Shown here piece by piece: positions 28,993 through 41,545 of a DNA stretch of 64,000 nt (position 1 is its first letter; each line of letters starts with the position of its first letter). A program made the position numbers and the translations under genes. Below the pieces are notes generated by a model that saw only the letters and a program-made list of their open reading frames with translations, had not been told where the DNA came from and did not search any database. This stretch comes from Longimicrobiales bacterium (lineage in GTDB: Bacteria > Gemmatimonadota > Gemmatimonadetes > Longimicrobiales > Gaopeijiaceae): contig CBDFMQ010000002.1 in the NCBI GenBank assembly GCA_965249725.1, positions 864,001-928,000 of the forward strand. The letters are read 5' to 3'.

Positions 28993-30024
28993 CGTCCCGG
29001 CGCCGATGACCTTCCGCCGGATGTTCTCCAAGACCGGCAGGGGAGTGAGTTCGCCGTCGATGATCGAGGCCAGCTCCTCCTCTTCCAGCCAATGAGCCTC
29101 GAGGTCGGCCAACTCGAGTTCGAGCAGCCGCTGTTCGACTGCTTCGTTCGCTGCGATCTCGAGGGCGATGGCCCCGGTACGCTGAAGGTCACCCAGTCGA
29201 CGGCCCTCCTTGATCACGACGCGTGTCAGATCATGTGGGGTGCCGGCCTCCTGAATCAGCCGAGTCGCGGATCGCACGCGGCTTTCGGTGGCCCCGGCGT
29301 GGTGGTGGTAGGCGAGAACACGACGGGTGACGTGCTGGCCCTCTTTGCCCCCCAAACGGAGCCCTCCCTCTCGGAGGTCCCCGCACACGGGACACCGTTG
29401 GGTCACCGCCAGGGCATCACCAGGGTCCGCACCCGACGTGAGGATCAGGTGCCGTCGGTCGCGATAGGCCAGCGAACGGAATCGATGGCCGCATTTGGCG
29501 CACGAGTGCCGGCCACGCCAAGCACTTGATCCGAATCGCATCCACCGGGCGGCTTCGGCGACCTTGTCGGGCGCATTTTCCCAGAGGAACCAGGCGCCCA
29601 ACCAGCCTATCCCCCCTGTGGCCCATCCACCGGCGATGGCGGCCCCGGCCGCCGCCGTCCCCATGAACATGAGTTTCTTATGACTGGTGGCCCGTTCCGT
29701 GAGTTCCCGCCCGTACCTCCACCACGCCTCTTCCGTGAGGTCGGCCCTGCCCACCCGGACGACGTCGAGATGCCCGGCGCGGAGGAGCGCCACGTTGTCG
29801 GTCTGTGAGAGAAGGCGGGAACGGTCGGTAACGACCTTCTCCAGTTCATCGAGCGCCTCCCAACGGTCTTCGATAGGAGCGAGAGACCAACGTTTGCAGG
29901 ATTTGCACACGGCCCACAGTCGGCCACGCTCGGGGTCGTAGGCCACGCGTGTCGAGGTCGGAAAATGCTCGAGCTCTTCGTTGGTGGGGAAGGGCGTGTG
30001 GCAGACCAGACAGTGCGTGAACAA
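28981..30024 (-). CDS. Hypothetical protein with four CxxC pairs and a central hydrophobic Gly/Ala/Trp segment
   Basis: 347-aa ORF; CLVC, CKSC, CAKC and CPVC; GGAG upstream. Confidence 0.8.
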   Translation of the reverse strand: MFTHCLVCHTPFPTNEELEHFPTSTRVAYDPERGRLWAVCKSCKRWSLAPIEDRWEALDELEKVVTDRSRLLSQTDNVALLRAGHLDVVRVGRADLTEEAWWRYGRELTERATSHKKLMFMGTAAAGAAIAGGWATGGIGWLGAWFLWENAPDKVAEAARWMRFGSSAWRGRHSCAKCGHRFRSLAYRDRRHLILTSGADPGDALAVTQRCPVCGDLREGGLRLGGKEGQHVTRRVLAYHHHAGATESRVRSATRLIQEAGTPHDLTRVVIKEGRRLGDLQRTGAIALEIAANEAVEQRLLELELADLEAHWLEEEELASIIDGELTPLPVLENIRRKVIGAGTGTP

Positions 30025-30173
30025 CTCAAAGCTCCGTTGACCGAGTGGACCTGGAAGGCTAGCCGCGGCACACTGCGCTCCCTTTCAGCAGCCTTCTAGT
30101 CGTAATGGCGATACACCTACCGCCGTGCTCTTGTTACGGGCGGACGGGCCACTTTATTCCACGAGCCGGCGGA

Positions 30174-30229
30174 GGGGCACAGTGGGGGCACAGTGGGGGC
30201 GCAGTGGGCGCCCGGCGGGGGCGCGGTGG
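30174..30229 (+). repeat. Intergenic 11-bp tandem repeat GGGCACAGTGG x3 plus a degenerate copy
   Basis: Read directly; G-tracts separated by 6-nt loops. Confidence 0.85.
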
Positions 30230-30340
30230 CCGGAGTCGTCGACCCTGGCCTCATCCGGCGAGCCACTACAAGTTGCGGCCGAATCGTGGCCTTCTCGATT
30301 CGGATCTCCCATCGGTCCCCTGCCTGGACGGGCGAACGTC

Positions 30341-30919
30341 ATGCTGCTGGTTCTGGACAACTACGATTCCTTCACCTTCAACCTCGTCCAGTACTTGGGT
30401 GAGCTGGGGGCCGATGTCGTGGTGTTGCGGAACGACGAGCGGACGGTCCAGGAGATCGTCGACCTCGCCCCGGATCGGGTCGTCGTATCACCAGGGCCGT
30501 GCACACCTCGAGAGGCCGGGATCAGCATCGAGCTGTTCCGGAGTCTCGGGTCGTCCACGCCGATGCTCGGCGTCTGTCTGGGTCACCAGGCTCTCGGAGA
30601 GGCCTTTGGTGGGACGACGGTGCGGGCGGATCGAGTGATGCACGGCAAGACGGCGCTGGTCCGGCACACAGGGGACGGGATCTTCGACGGTATCCCGTCG
30701 CCCTTCGTCGTGGCCCGGTACCACTCGCTCGTGACCGACGCCGGCGCTCTGCCCGAGGAACTCGTGCAGGTGGCATGGAGCGGCGTCGCCGAGGGAGAGT
30801 CTTCGGAGGTGCAGGCCATACGACACCGGGATCACCCCCTCTGGGGCGTTCAATTCCACCCCGAGAGCTTGTTCTCCGAACACGGCAAGACGCTGTTGGC
30901 GAACTTCTTGGCACTCTAG
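30341..30919 (+). CDS. Anthranilate/aminodeoxychorismate synthase component II (TrpG/PabA glutamine amidotransferase)
   Basis: DNYDSFT, SPGP, GVCLGHQ, RYHSL and QFHPES motifs; start at MLLVLDN. Confidence 0.93.
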   Translation: MLLVLDNYDSFTFNLVQYLGELGADVVVLRNDERTVQEIVDLAPDRVVVSPGPCTPREAGISIELFRSLGSSTPMLGVCLGHQALGEAFGGTTVRADRVMHGKTALVRHTGDGIFDGIPSPFVVARYHSLVTDAGALPEELVQVAWSGVAEGESSEVQAIRHRDHPLWGVQFHPESLFSEHGKTLLANFLAL

Positions 30920-30985
30920 GGGCCTCTACGGGCGGCCTGGAGGGGCCCGGGGGTCCGATTCGACGCTTTTTTGCCCTCAAGGCCG

Positions 30986-31014
30986 TTGCCACCTCAGCCG
31001 GGCCCGGATAACTT
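30986..31014 (+). promoter_or_regulatory. Putative sigma70 promoter of the kdsB...rpoN run
   Basis: TTGCCA-N17-TAACTT. Confidence 0.6.
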
Positions 31015-31016
31015 AA

Positions 31017-31033
31017 CTGGCGTGATATTTGCA
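31017..31033 (+). promoter_or_regulatory. Putative sigma54 (-24/-12) site
   Basis: CTGGCGTGATATTTGCA gives GG-N10-GC; compare consensus TGGCAC-N5-TTGCW. Confidence 0.6.
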
Positions 31034-31068
31034 TCATCGGCCTCCGCCTCGAGTCCTGGAAGGGACCG

Positions 31069-34327
<3,259 letters not shown>

Positions 34328-34341
34328 CCGGCTGACGCGCC

Positions 34342-34935
34342 ATGACGGAACCCCGCGAAGAGGCCGGTAAAGTGACCGGCGGAGAGATCGCCGAGGAGGT
34401 GGCCCATGCCATTCGGATGGTGGTGCTGGACGTAGACGGTGTCCTCACCGATGGCGGGGTCTACATCGGGGCCGAACCTGGGGGCGAGACGCTCGAACTC
34501 AAGCGGTTCGACATTCAAGACGGCCTGGGCGTAAAGATGATGGTGTGGGCCGGGATCGAGGTGGTCATCGTATCAGGACGTGTGTCGGAGGCTACCTCCC
34601 GACGGGCCAGGGAGCTCGGAATCGTCGAATGCCATCAGGACCCGGGGGCTGCGAAGCTCCCTGTCGTACGTGACCTGCTCGAGACGCGTGATTGGGGCTG
34701 GGAGCAGACGGCGATGATGGGGGACGACCTCGCGGATCTGCCGGTCCTCGAGCGTGTCGGGTTGGCGGTTGCTGTGGCGAACGCCGTCCAGGAGGTGCAC
34801 GCCATCGCAGGATGGACAACGACGGCGGGGGGCGGAGCAGGAGCCGTGCGCGAGTTCGCACGGGCCCTACTGACGGCAAGGGGCGAGTGGGATGCACTGG
34901 TGCGGAAGTACTGCGATGACCGCGGGAGCTCCTGA
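34342..34935 (+). CDS. kdsC: KDO 8-phosphate phosphatase (HAD family)
   Basis: LDVDGVLTDG, GDDLAD and GAVRE motifs. Confidence 0.92.
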   Translation: MTEPREEAGKVTGGEIAEEVAHAIRMVVLDVDGVLTDGGVYIGAEPGGETLELKRFDIQDGLGVKMMVWAGIEVVIVSGRVSEATSRRARELGIVECHQDPGAAKLPVVRDLLETRDWGWEQTAMMGDDLADLPVLERVGLAVAVANAVQEVHAIAGWTTTAGGGAGAVREFARALLTARGEWDALVRKYCDDRGSS

Positions 34936-34938
34936 ACC

Positions 34939-35925
34939 ATGACCGATTCCGAAAACCCCACCGACGCCGAGCGCATTCTCCGCGAGGCCCGACGCGTGCT
35001 CGAAGTAGAGGCCCGGTCCGTAGAACGTGCGGCCGAGCGGTTGGGTCAGGATTTCGTCGAGGCCGTCGCCCTTCTAAAGAGCTGTAAGGGCCGCGTCATC
35101 GTGTCCGGCATCGGCAAGAGCGGGATTATCGGGCGTAAGGTCGCGGCCACGTTCACCTCGACCGGCACGGCCGCGAACTTCCTCCATCCCGTCGAGGGGC
35201 TTCACGGCGACCTCGGAATCGTGGGGGTCGGTGACGTCGCGCTGTTGATATCGAAGAGTGGGGAGACGTCGGAGTTGTCCGGATTGGTCGACTACTTCCT
35301 CCGAACGGGGGTCCCGATCATTGCCCTCACGGGTGAGAAGGACTCCCCGCTCTCGGCTCTTGCCGCGGTGGCGTTGGATTGTTCTGTGGAGGAGGAGGCC
35401 TGCCCGATGGATCTGGCTCCCACATCCTCGACCACCGTCACGCTGGCTGTCGGAGACGCGCTTGCCGTTGTGCTCCTTCAGGAGAAGGGCTTCAAGGAGG
35501 ACGATTTCGCCTTGCTGCATCCGGGCGGATCCCTGGGACGAAAGCTCACTACGCGTGTAGAAGACGTCATGATTGCCCAGGGATATCCACGACTTCGGGT
35601 CGAAGCCGCGGTGCGGGACTGCATCGTCCCTCTCGCTGAACAGCGGGGCACCGTGCCGATCGTCGATGACGGGGAGCGGGTGGTCGGAGTCGTGACCGCG
35701 GGGGATCTGACGCGCTTGATGGAGCAACGGGACGACTTTCTGGACGTTTCGGTCACGGATGCCATGACCGCGGAGCCCAGGGTGGCTCGCCCGGACGAGT
35801 TGGGGTCCGCGGCGATCCACCGGATGGAATCCCACGGGATCATGGCCCTGCCTGTGGTCGATGCGGACCATCGTTTGATCGGGATTGTACACCTTCATGA
35901 TCTTATGAAGGCAGGGGCTCTATAG
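34939..35925 (+). CDS. kdsD: Arabinose 5-phosphate isomerase (KpsF/GutQ family, SIS plus CBS)
   Basis: GIGKSG, HGDLG, LAPTSST and HPGGSLG motifs. Confidence 0.94.
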   Translation: MTDSENPTDAERILREARRVLEVEARSVERAAERLGQDFVEAVALLKSCKGRVIVSGIGKSGIIGRKVAATFTSTGTAANFLHPVEGLHGDLGIVGVGDVALLISKSGETSELSGLVDYFLRTGVPIIALTGEKDSPLSALAAVALDCSVEEEACPMDLAPTSSTTVTLAVGDALAVVLLQEKGFKEDDFALLHPGGSLGRKLTTRVEDVMIAQGYPRLRVEAAVRDCIVPLAEQRGTVPIVDDGERVVGVVTAGDLTRLMEQRDDFLDVSVTDAMTAEPRVARPDELGSAAIHRMESHGIMALPVVDADHRLIGIVHLHDLMKAGAL

Positions 35926-35927
35926 TC

Positions 35928-36479
35928 ATGTCATATTGTCGGTTAGGCGGGTATGGCTTGGTCTTGATCGCAGGGTTGGCGGCGTGTGAGAGCCCGCGCC
36001 AAGACGCCGTGGTCGATCCGGCCTTGGAGAGCATCGAGGCTGACTACATCATCTTCGGAAATACCCACTACCTGACGCGCCAGGGCATCCGTGAAGCGCT
36101 CGTAGTGGCCGACACCGCCTATTTCTTCAACGATTCCACGGTGGTGTTGCTGAGGGGCAACGTCACGTTGACCGCCTACCATGAGGATCTCGGAACGGAG
36201 AAGGCGGTGGTCACGTCCGACCGGGGCCGACTGAATACCAACGACAACTCCATGCTCGCTCAGGGCAATGCCGTATTGGTGATTGCGGACGGCGAGCGCA
36301 GGATCGAGAGCTCACAGCTCAACTACCATCCGGATCAGGACCGGATTTGGAGCGACTCGGCCACGGTGATGTACGAGGATGAGAGCATTGTGGAGGGAAG
36401 CGGCTTCGACGCCGACCTCAACTTCACCCAGGTGCTGGTGCGAAATGCCCGGACGCGGGGCGGCACCGTCCGGTTCTGA
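35928..36479 (+). CDS. lptC: LPS export periplasmic protein LptC (lipoprotein-like signal)
   Basis: Position between kdsD and lptB; LAAC lipobox; beta-jellyroll-like pattern (IWSDS...EGSGF). Confidence 0.75.
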   Translation: MSYCRLGGYGLVLIAGLAACESPRQDAVVDPALESIEADYIIFGNTHYLTRQGIREALVVADTAYFFNDSTVVLLRGNVTLTAYHEDLGTEKAVVTSDRGRLNTNDNSMLAQGNAVLVIADGERRIESSQLNYHPDQDRIWSDSATVMYEDESIVEGSGFDADLNFTQVLVRNARTRGGTVRF

Positions 36480-38188
36480 TGGGGCGCCTGCTCTCAGCGC
36501 TCGGCGTTCTAGCTGTCCTGTTCTTTTCCGTGGGGACCGATGTCACCGCACAGGATCGGACCTGCGACCTGATCGACTCCCGCCAGGTCAACTCGGTGAC
36601 ACAGACAGGCGGTCGGGTCAGCCATGTCGCCCTTCCGCGCTTTCTCTGTACCGACGGCACCCGAATCGAAGCCGATTCGTCGGTCACGTTCGAAGCCAAC
36701 TCCTTCACGCAGCTCTTCGGAAACGTGCTCTTCCGGGACGGCCCTCAGGAGCTGCTGGCCGAACGGGCCCAGTACTTCAGCCGTGCCGGCCGCCTGCAGG
36801 CCCAAGGCGCCGTCAAGCTCACGGACCTGGACGACGGCTCGACCATCACGGGCGAGAACCTGATCATGCTCCAGGCCGGGGACGAGCTTCCCGAGGACGA
36901 CCTGACCATGCGCGGCGGTCGCCCACATGCTCGTTTTCTCTCGAAGGCGGTGCCCGAGCCTGTGGACACATCGGCCGTCGAGGTCCCCGAGGTGGAGCCG
37001 ACGGACTCACTTGAAGTCGAAGTAGCCGAGGCGGCACCGACGGACTCCCTCGAAGTCGAAGCGCCCGAGGCCGAACCCACGGACTCCCTCGAAGTCGAGG
37101 TCCAGGAGCCTGTTCCCCCGGCACCTCCCACCCCGTTCGATGTCGATGCCGACCTCATTCGTCTCGTGGGAGACAGGCTGTTTCAGGCTCGGGGCCGTGT
37201 GGAGATCCGTCAGGACTCCCTGCTCGCCTATGGGGACTCTATGGAGTACAGGGAAGACGTCGGCATCCTGACGCTTTTTCACGATGCACGGATTCTGTCT
37301 CCGAACGAGGAGTCCGGTGATACGCTCGACATCCGGGGTGACACCATCGATATGCGGCTGCCCAGCAATCGGATCGATGAGCTCGAGGCTCGCGGGCACG
37401 CTCAGCTGGTGACGGAGTCGGTCGAAATGAAGGGACCCACCGTCCGGATTTTCTTCTTCTTGGAAGAGTTGGATCGCATCGTCTCGGTCCTCGGTGACCA
37501 GCCGGAAGAGGTCGAGGAGGTGCCGGAGTCGCTCGATCAGGTCGAGGACTCACTTGCCGTTGCTTTCGAGGACCCTTTCGCTCGCCCTCGGGCCACGGCG
37601 GAGGACTTTCTCCTGACGGGGGACTCCATCGAAGTGACGGCGCCCGGTGGCGAGCTGGAGACGGTCTTTGCCTTCGGGGGTGCACACGGTGTCTCGAGTG
37701 GTCGGGATTCTCTGAATGCCGGGGATGCGCCTGAGCTGATTCGGAGCGATTGGATCGAAGGCCAGACCATCACGGCCACGTTCGTCGACAACCTCGGCGA
37801 TTCAACCTCCTTACCTGCTCCGGCTCTGGAAGAGGGACAGAACCGCTATCGGTTGGACATGCTCGTGGCCCAGGGGGCGGCTCGGAGCTTCTACCGTTCT
37901 GCCCCGGACTCGACCGTTGAAGACGGCTCCGGAACGAGTTCCCTCGAACTCAACTATGTACTCGGTGACGAGATCAGGCTGTTCATGGAGGACGGAGAAG
38001 TGGATCGTATGGAGGTGGACAACGCCACCGGGGCCTATTTCCAGCCCGAGCGAGGCGTTGGGCCCCCTATGACCGATTCCTTGCCGCCTTCGCCTCCCGA
38101 CACGGCTACGGTACCACGCGAATCCAGCAACCCTGGACAGGAAAGCGGCACGAATGAGCGACTACAAGCCCGATCCCGAAATCGCTGA
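36479..38188 (+). CDS. Extended OstA/LptA-like beta-jellyroll protein with an acidic repeat linker
   Basis: Signal peptide; repeated xGxVxh jellyroll patterns; lies between lptC and lptB. Confidence 0.7.
   Translation: MGRLLSALGVLAVLFFSVGTDVTAQDRTCDLIDSRQVNSVTQTGGRVSHVALPRFLCTDGTRIEADSSVTFEANSFTQLFGNVLFRDGPQELLAERAQYFSRAGRLQAQGAVKLTDLDDGSTITGENLIMLQAGDELPEDDLTMRGGRPHARFLSKAVPEPVDTSAVEVPEVEPTDSLEVEVAEAAPTDSLEVEAPEAEPTDSLEVEVQEPVPPAPPTPFDVDADLIRLVGDRLFQARGRVEIRQDSLLAYGDSMEYREDVGILTLFHDARILSPNEESGDTLDIRGDTIDMRLPSNRIDELEARGHAQLVTESVEMKGPTVRIFFFLEELDRIVSVLGDQPEEVEEVPESLDQVEDSLAVAFEDPFARPRATAEDFLLTGDSIEVTAPGGELETVFAFGGAHGVSSGRDSLNAGDAPELIRSDWIEGQTITATFVDNLGDSTSLPAPALEEGQNRYRLDMLVAQGAARSFYRSAPDSTVEDGSGTSSLELNYVLGDEIRLFMEDGEVDRMEVDNATGAYFQPERGVGPPMTDSLPPSPPDTATVPRESSNPGQESGTNERLQARSRNR
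36977..37110 (+). repeat. 39-bp (13-aa) degenerate repeat with core PTDSLEVE x3
   Basis: Read in both DNA and protein. Confidence 0.85.
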
Positions 38189-39059
38189 AGCGCCCGCGGT
38201 GGGTGCTCCGGTGGGTGCTCCGGTGGGTGCCGCTATCTCCCCGACGCTGACCGCGACGAGCCGTCTTCAAGGCGAGGGCCTGACCAAGATCTACCGCAAG
38301 CGGCGCGTCGTCGACGGAATCGCCATTTCGGTGGAGCAGGGCGAGATCGTCGGCTTGCTGGGGCCGAACGGTGCAGGGAAGACCACGACCTTCTATATGA
38401 TCGTAGGGCTCATCCCTCCCGACGACGGAAGGGTCTTCCTGGACGAAGAAGAGCTTACCGACGTTCCCATGTACCGCCGAGCGCGGATGGGAGTGGGTTA
38501 CCTCGCGCAGGAACCGTCGGTTTTCCGAAAACTGACCGTAGAACAGAACGTGAAGGCCATTCTCGAGACGCTCAAGCTCCCGAAGGCCGAGGAGAAAGCC
38601 CGCCTGGAGGAGTTGCTTGCGGAGTTGTCCCTGGGTCATCTGCGAGACAGCAAGGCCTACTCGCTATCGGGCGGAGAGCGCCGACGCCTCGAAATCACTC
38701 GGGCGTTGGTCCAACGACCCAAGTTCATGCTCCTCGACGAGCCCTTTGCAGGCATCGATCCGATCGCCGTCCACGACATTCAAGACATCGTGGCCAGCCT
38801 GAAGCAGAGAGGGATCGGGGTCATCATCTCGGATCACAACGTGGAACAGACCCTGGAGATCGTGGACCGGGCGTACATTATGTATGAGGGGCGGATTCAG
38901 GTCAGCGGCAGCGTTTCGGAGCTGGTTTGGAACGAAGAGGTCGCCGAGATCTACCTGGGACCGACCCTGACAGAACGCATGCGTAGCCGTTACGAGCCGC
39001 CTGCGAGCGAGAGCGGCATGGTCGGGTCGCATGAGGCGACTGACGAGACCGATTCGTAG
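38154..39059 (+). CDS. lptB: LPS export ABC transporter ATPase
   Basis: [34 protein letters not shown] and DHNV motifs. Confidence 0.96.
   Translation: MSDYKPDPEIAEAPAVGAPVGAPVGAAISPTLTATSRLQGEGLTKIYRKRRVVDGIAISVEQGEIVGLLGPNGAGKTTTFYMIVGLIPPDDGRVFLDEEELTDVPMYRRARMGVGYLAQEPSVFRKLTVEQNVKAILETLKLPKAEEKARLEELLAELSLGHLRDSKAYSLSGGERRRLEITRALVQRPKFMLLDEPFAGIDPIAVHDIQDIVASLKQRGIGVIISDHNVEQTLEIVDRAYIMYEGRIQVSGSVSELVWNEEVAEIYLGPTLTERMRSRYEPPASESGMVGSHEATDETDS
38197..38230 (+). repeat. In-frame 12-bp tandem repeat CGGTGGGTGCTC, about 3 copies, in the lptB N-terminus
   Basis: Read directly; encodes VGAP units. Confidence 0.9.
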
Positions 39060-39077
39060 TTCGATGCAACGGACTCG

Positions 39078-40583
39078 ATGAGCGGATTCAACACGAGGCT
39101 CTTCCAGAGCCAACAGCTCCGACAGGAGATGAAGATCAACCCTCGCCTGTACCAGGCGATGGAGTTGCTCTACATGCCCCTCCTGGACCTCCAGCAACAC
39201 CTGAAGACCGAGATGGAAGAAAACCCGTTCTTGGAGATGACGGAGGCTGACGTTCAGGACGAGGTGGAACTCCAGGAGGACGACAAAGACGAATCGCCCG
39301 AAGACGATATCGATTGGGAGGAGATCCTCCTGGACGGCTTCGACGTTGGCGGGCGACGGGAGCAATACGAGGCCAAGGAGCTCTTTCAGCGAGCCCCGGT
39401 GGAGACAACGGATCTGAGAGATCATCTCCACGATCAGCTCCGCATGCTCGACATTGCCGAACGCGAGATGCGACTCGGGGAAGAGATCATCGGAAACGTC
39501 AATGACGTGGGTACGCTCACGTGCGATCTCGACGCCGTGGTGCTCGGAGTGAACGACTGGCTGGCCGACCTACGCCCGACGGCCCAAGCGGAAGTCGACG
39601 CGATCGAAGACCATGAGGAACAGAAGGCCGGACGAGCGGAGTTGGAGGAGCTCTTCAGGCCGTATGGGACGGACGAAGCCGAGGCGATGCTCACCACCGT
39701 GCAGGCGTTCGACCCCGCCGGTGTAGCTGCGAGGGACCTGCGTGAGTCGATCCTCATTCAGCTCCGCATGTTGGGGAGGGGTGATTCCCAGACGTACGAC
39801 GTGGTAGCGAGCCACTTCGAGGACCTCATCAACCACCGTTGGGCCGATGTCGCCCGTGCGTTGGGTCTCAAGCCTATCGAGGTCCAGGACGTGGCCGACG
39901 AGATAGCCAAGCTCGATCCCAAGCCCGGACTCAAGTACTCGCCCGACCCCGAGCGCTACATCATTCCCGACCTCATCGTCGAGAAGATCGACGGCGAGTA
40001 CATGGTGTTCGTGAATGACACGAGCCTCCCGCGTCTCCGGCTCTCTCAGTCGTATCGGGACGTGGCCCGTGACAAGGGACAGTTCAAGGGCGAGAACAAG
40101 GAGTTCATCTCGCGCAAGCTGAACTCGGCCAACTGGATGATCCAGGCGATCGAGCAGCGCCGGCAGACGATGCTGAAGGTCATGGGGTTCATCGTGGACC
40201 GGCAGCGGGACTTCTTCGAGTATGGTGTCCAACACCTGAAGCCTCTCACGCTGCGTGAGGTGGCCGACCACATCGAGATGCACGAATCCACGGTCTCGAG
40301 AGTCACCAACGAGAAGTACGTGCAGACTCCGCGTGGCGTGATCTCGCTCAAATTTTTCTTCTCCAGCGGACTCGCCACCACAAGCGGAGAGGACATCTCG
40401 GCGAGGGGTGTGAAGGACAAAATGCAGAAACTGGTCGACGAGGAGGATGCCCGGAAACCCCTCACGGACCAGAAGATCGTGGAGCTTCTCAAGGTCGACG
40501 GCGTGAAAATCGCCCGGCGCACCGTAGCGAAGTACCGTGACCAGTTGGCCATCCTGCCAGCCCGTATGCGGAAGCGAGTCTGA
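39078..40583 (+). CDS. rpoN: RNA polymerase sigma-54 factor
   Basis: HESTVSR and RpoN box ARRTVAKYR. Confidence 0.98.
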   Translation: MSGFNTRLFQSQQLRQEMKINPRLYQAMELLYMPLLDLQQHLKTEMEENPFLEMTEADVQDEVELQEDDKDESPEDDIDWEEILLDGFDVGGRREQYEAKELFQRAPVETTDLRDHLHDQLRMLDIAEREMRLGEEIIGNVNDVGTLTCDLDAVVLGVNDWLADLRPTAQAEVDAIEDHEEQKAGRAELEELFRPYGTDEAEAMLTTVQAFDPAGVAARDLRESILIQLRMLGRGDSQTYDVVASHFEDLINHRWADVARALGLKPIEVQDVADEIAKLDPKPGLKYSPDPERYIIPDLIVEKIDGEYMVFVNDTSLPRLRLSQSYRDVARDKGQFKGENKEFISRKLNSANWMIQAIEQRRQTMLKVMGFIVDRQRDFFEYGVQHLKPLTLREVADHIEMHESTVSRVTNEKYVQTPRGVISLKFFFSSGLATTSGEDISARGVKDKMQKLVDEEDARKPLTDQKIVELLKVDGVKIARRTVAKYRDQLAILPARMRKRV

Positions 40584-41545
40584 TGGGTCAGACTGTGGAA
40601 ACGCGGGGTACTTCCGGCTCATTGTCGGATGAAGCCCGCCGTGACTTCGCCGTAGTCATTCCGGCGTTCAACGAGGCTCCGGTTGTATCCGACCTCATCG
40701 CCGAGCTCAAGGCCACGTTCCAACGCTTCGAGTTGGACGGAGAGATTCTCGTGGTGGACGATGGTTCCACCGACGGCACGGGAGATCTGGCAGAACGGGA
40801 GGCCGACGGCTGGAGTCCCTTAAGCGTGCTACGGCATCGGACCAATCTGGGAAAGACCGAGGCGATGCTCACGGCCGCGCGGTCCACCGATCGGACGTAC
40901 CTGATACTCTTCGACGCCGATCTGCAGCACTTGCCGGACGAAATTCCTCGGTTTCTCGAGGCGCTCCACGCCGGCTCGGACATCGTTACGGGGCGCAAGG
41001 TGGGTGCGTACAACAAGCGAGCCGTCTCGTCGCTCTACAACGGTTTGAGCCGACGAATCTTCCGGGTGCCGGTAAGTGACCTCAACTCCATGAAGGCCTT
41101 CCGGCGCGAGATCCTGGAAGAACTCCATCTTCGCCATGATTGGCATCGTTTCTTCGTAGTCTTGGCTCACGCACGCGGGTACTCGGTGAGTGAGATCGAC
41201 ATCGATCTGCATCCCAGGCGAGCCGGGACGTCGAAGTACACGGGGTTCTTTCGGATCGTGGTAGGAATGATGGACCTCCTCTCGGTATGGTTCCTCCTCC
41301 TTTTTTCCCGAAAGCCCCTCATCCTCTTTGGATTCAGTGGAGTGGTGCTCGTCGGTCTGGGCGCCGTGGTGGGCGCGGTCGCCTTCTACCTCCGCTTCGT
41401 GGAGGGCTTCGGCTTCCGTCCACTGTTGTATCTGGTCATCCTGCTCGAAACCGTGGGCTTCCTCCTCGTCGGCTTCGGACTGATCGCCGAGATGGTTGCA
41501 CAGCTCAGGGAAGAGGTCGACTCCCTCAGGCACGGCAAGCGTTGA
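40583..41545 (+). CDS. GT2 polyprenol-phosphate glycosyltransferase (ArnC/GtrB-like) with two C-terminal TM helices
   Basis: IPAFNE, DDGSTD and DADLQ motifs; hydrophobic C-terminus. Confidence 0.85.
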   Translation: MGQTVETRGTSGSLSDEARRDFAVVIPAFNEAPVVSDLIAELKATFQRFELDGEILVVDDGSTDGTGDLAEREADGWSPLSVLRHRTNLGKTEAMLTAARSTDRTYLILFDADLQHLPDEIPRFLEALHAGSDIVTGRKVGAYNKRAVSSLYNGLSRRIFRVPVSDLNSMKAFRREILEELHLRHDWHRFFVVLAHARGYSVSEIDIDLHPRRAGTSKYTGFFRIVVGMMDLLSVWFLLLFSRKPLILFGFSGVVLVGLGAVVGAVAFYLRFVEGFGFRPLLYLVILLETVGFLLVGFGLIAEMVAQLREEVDSLRHGKR

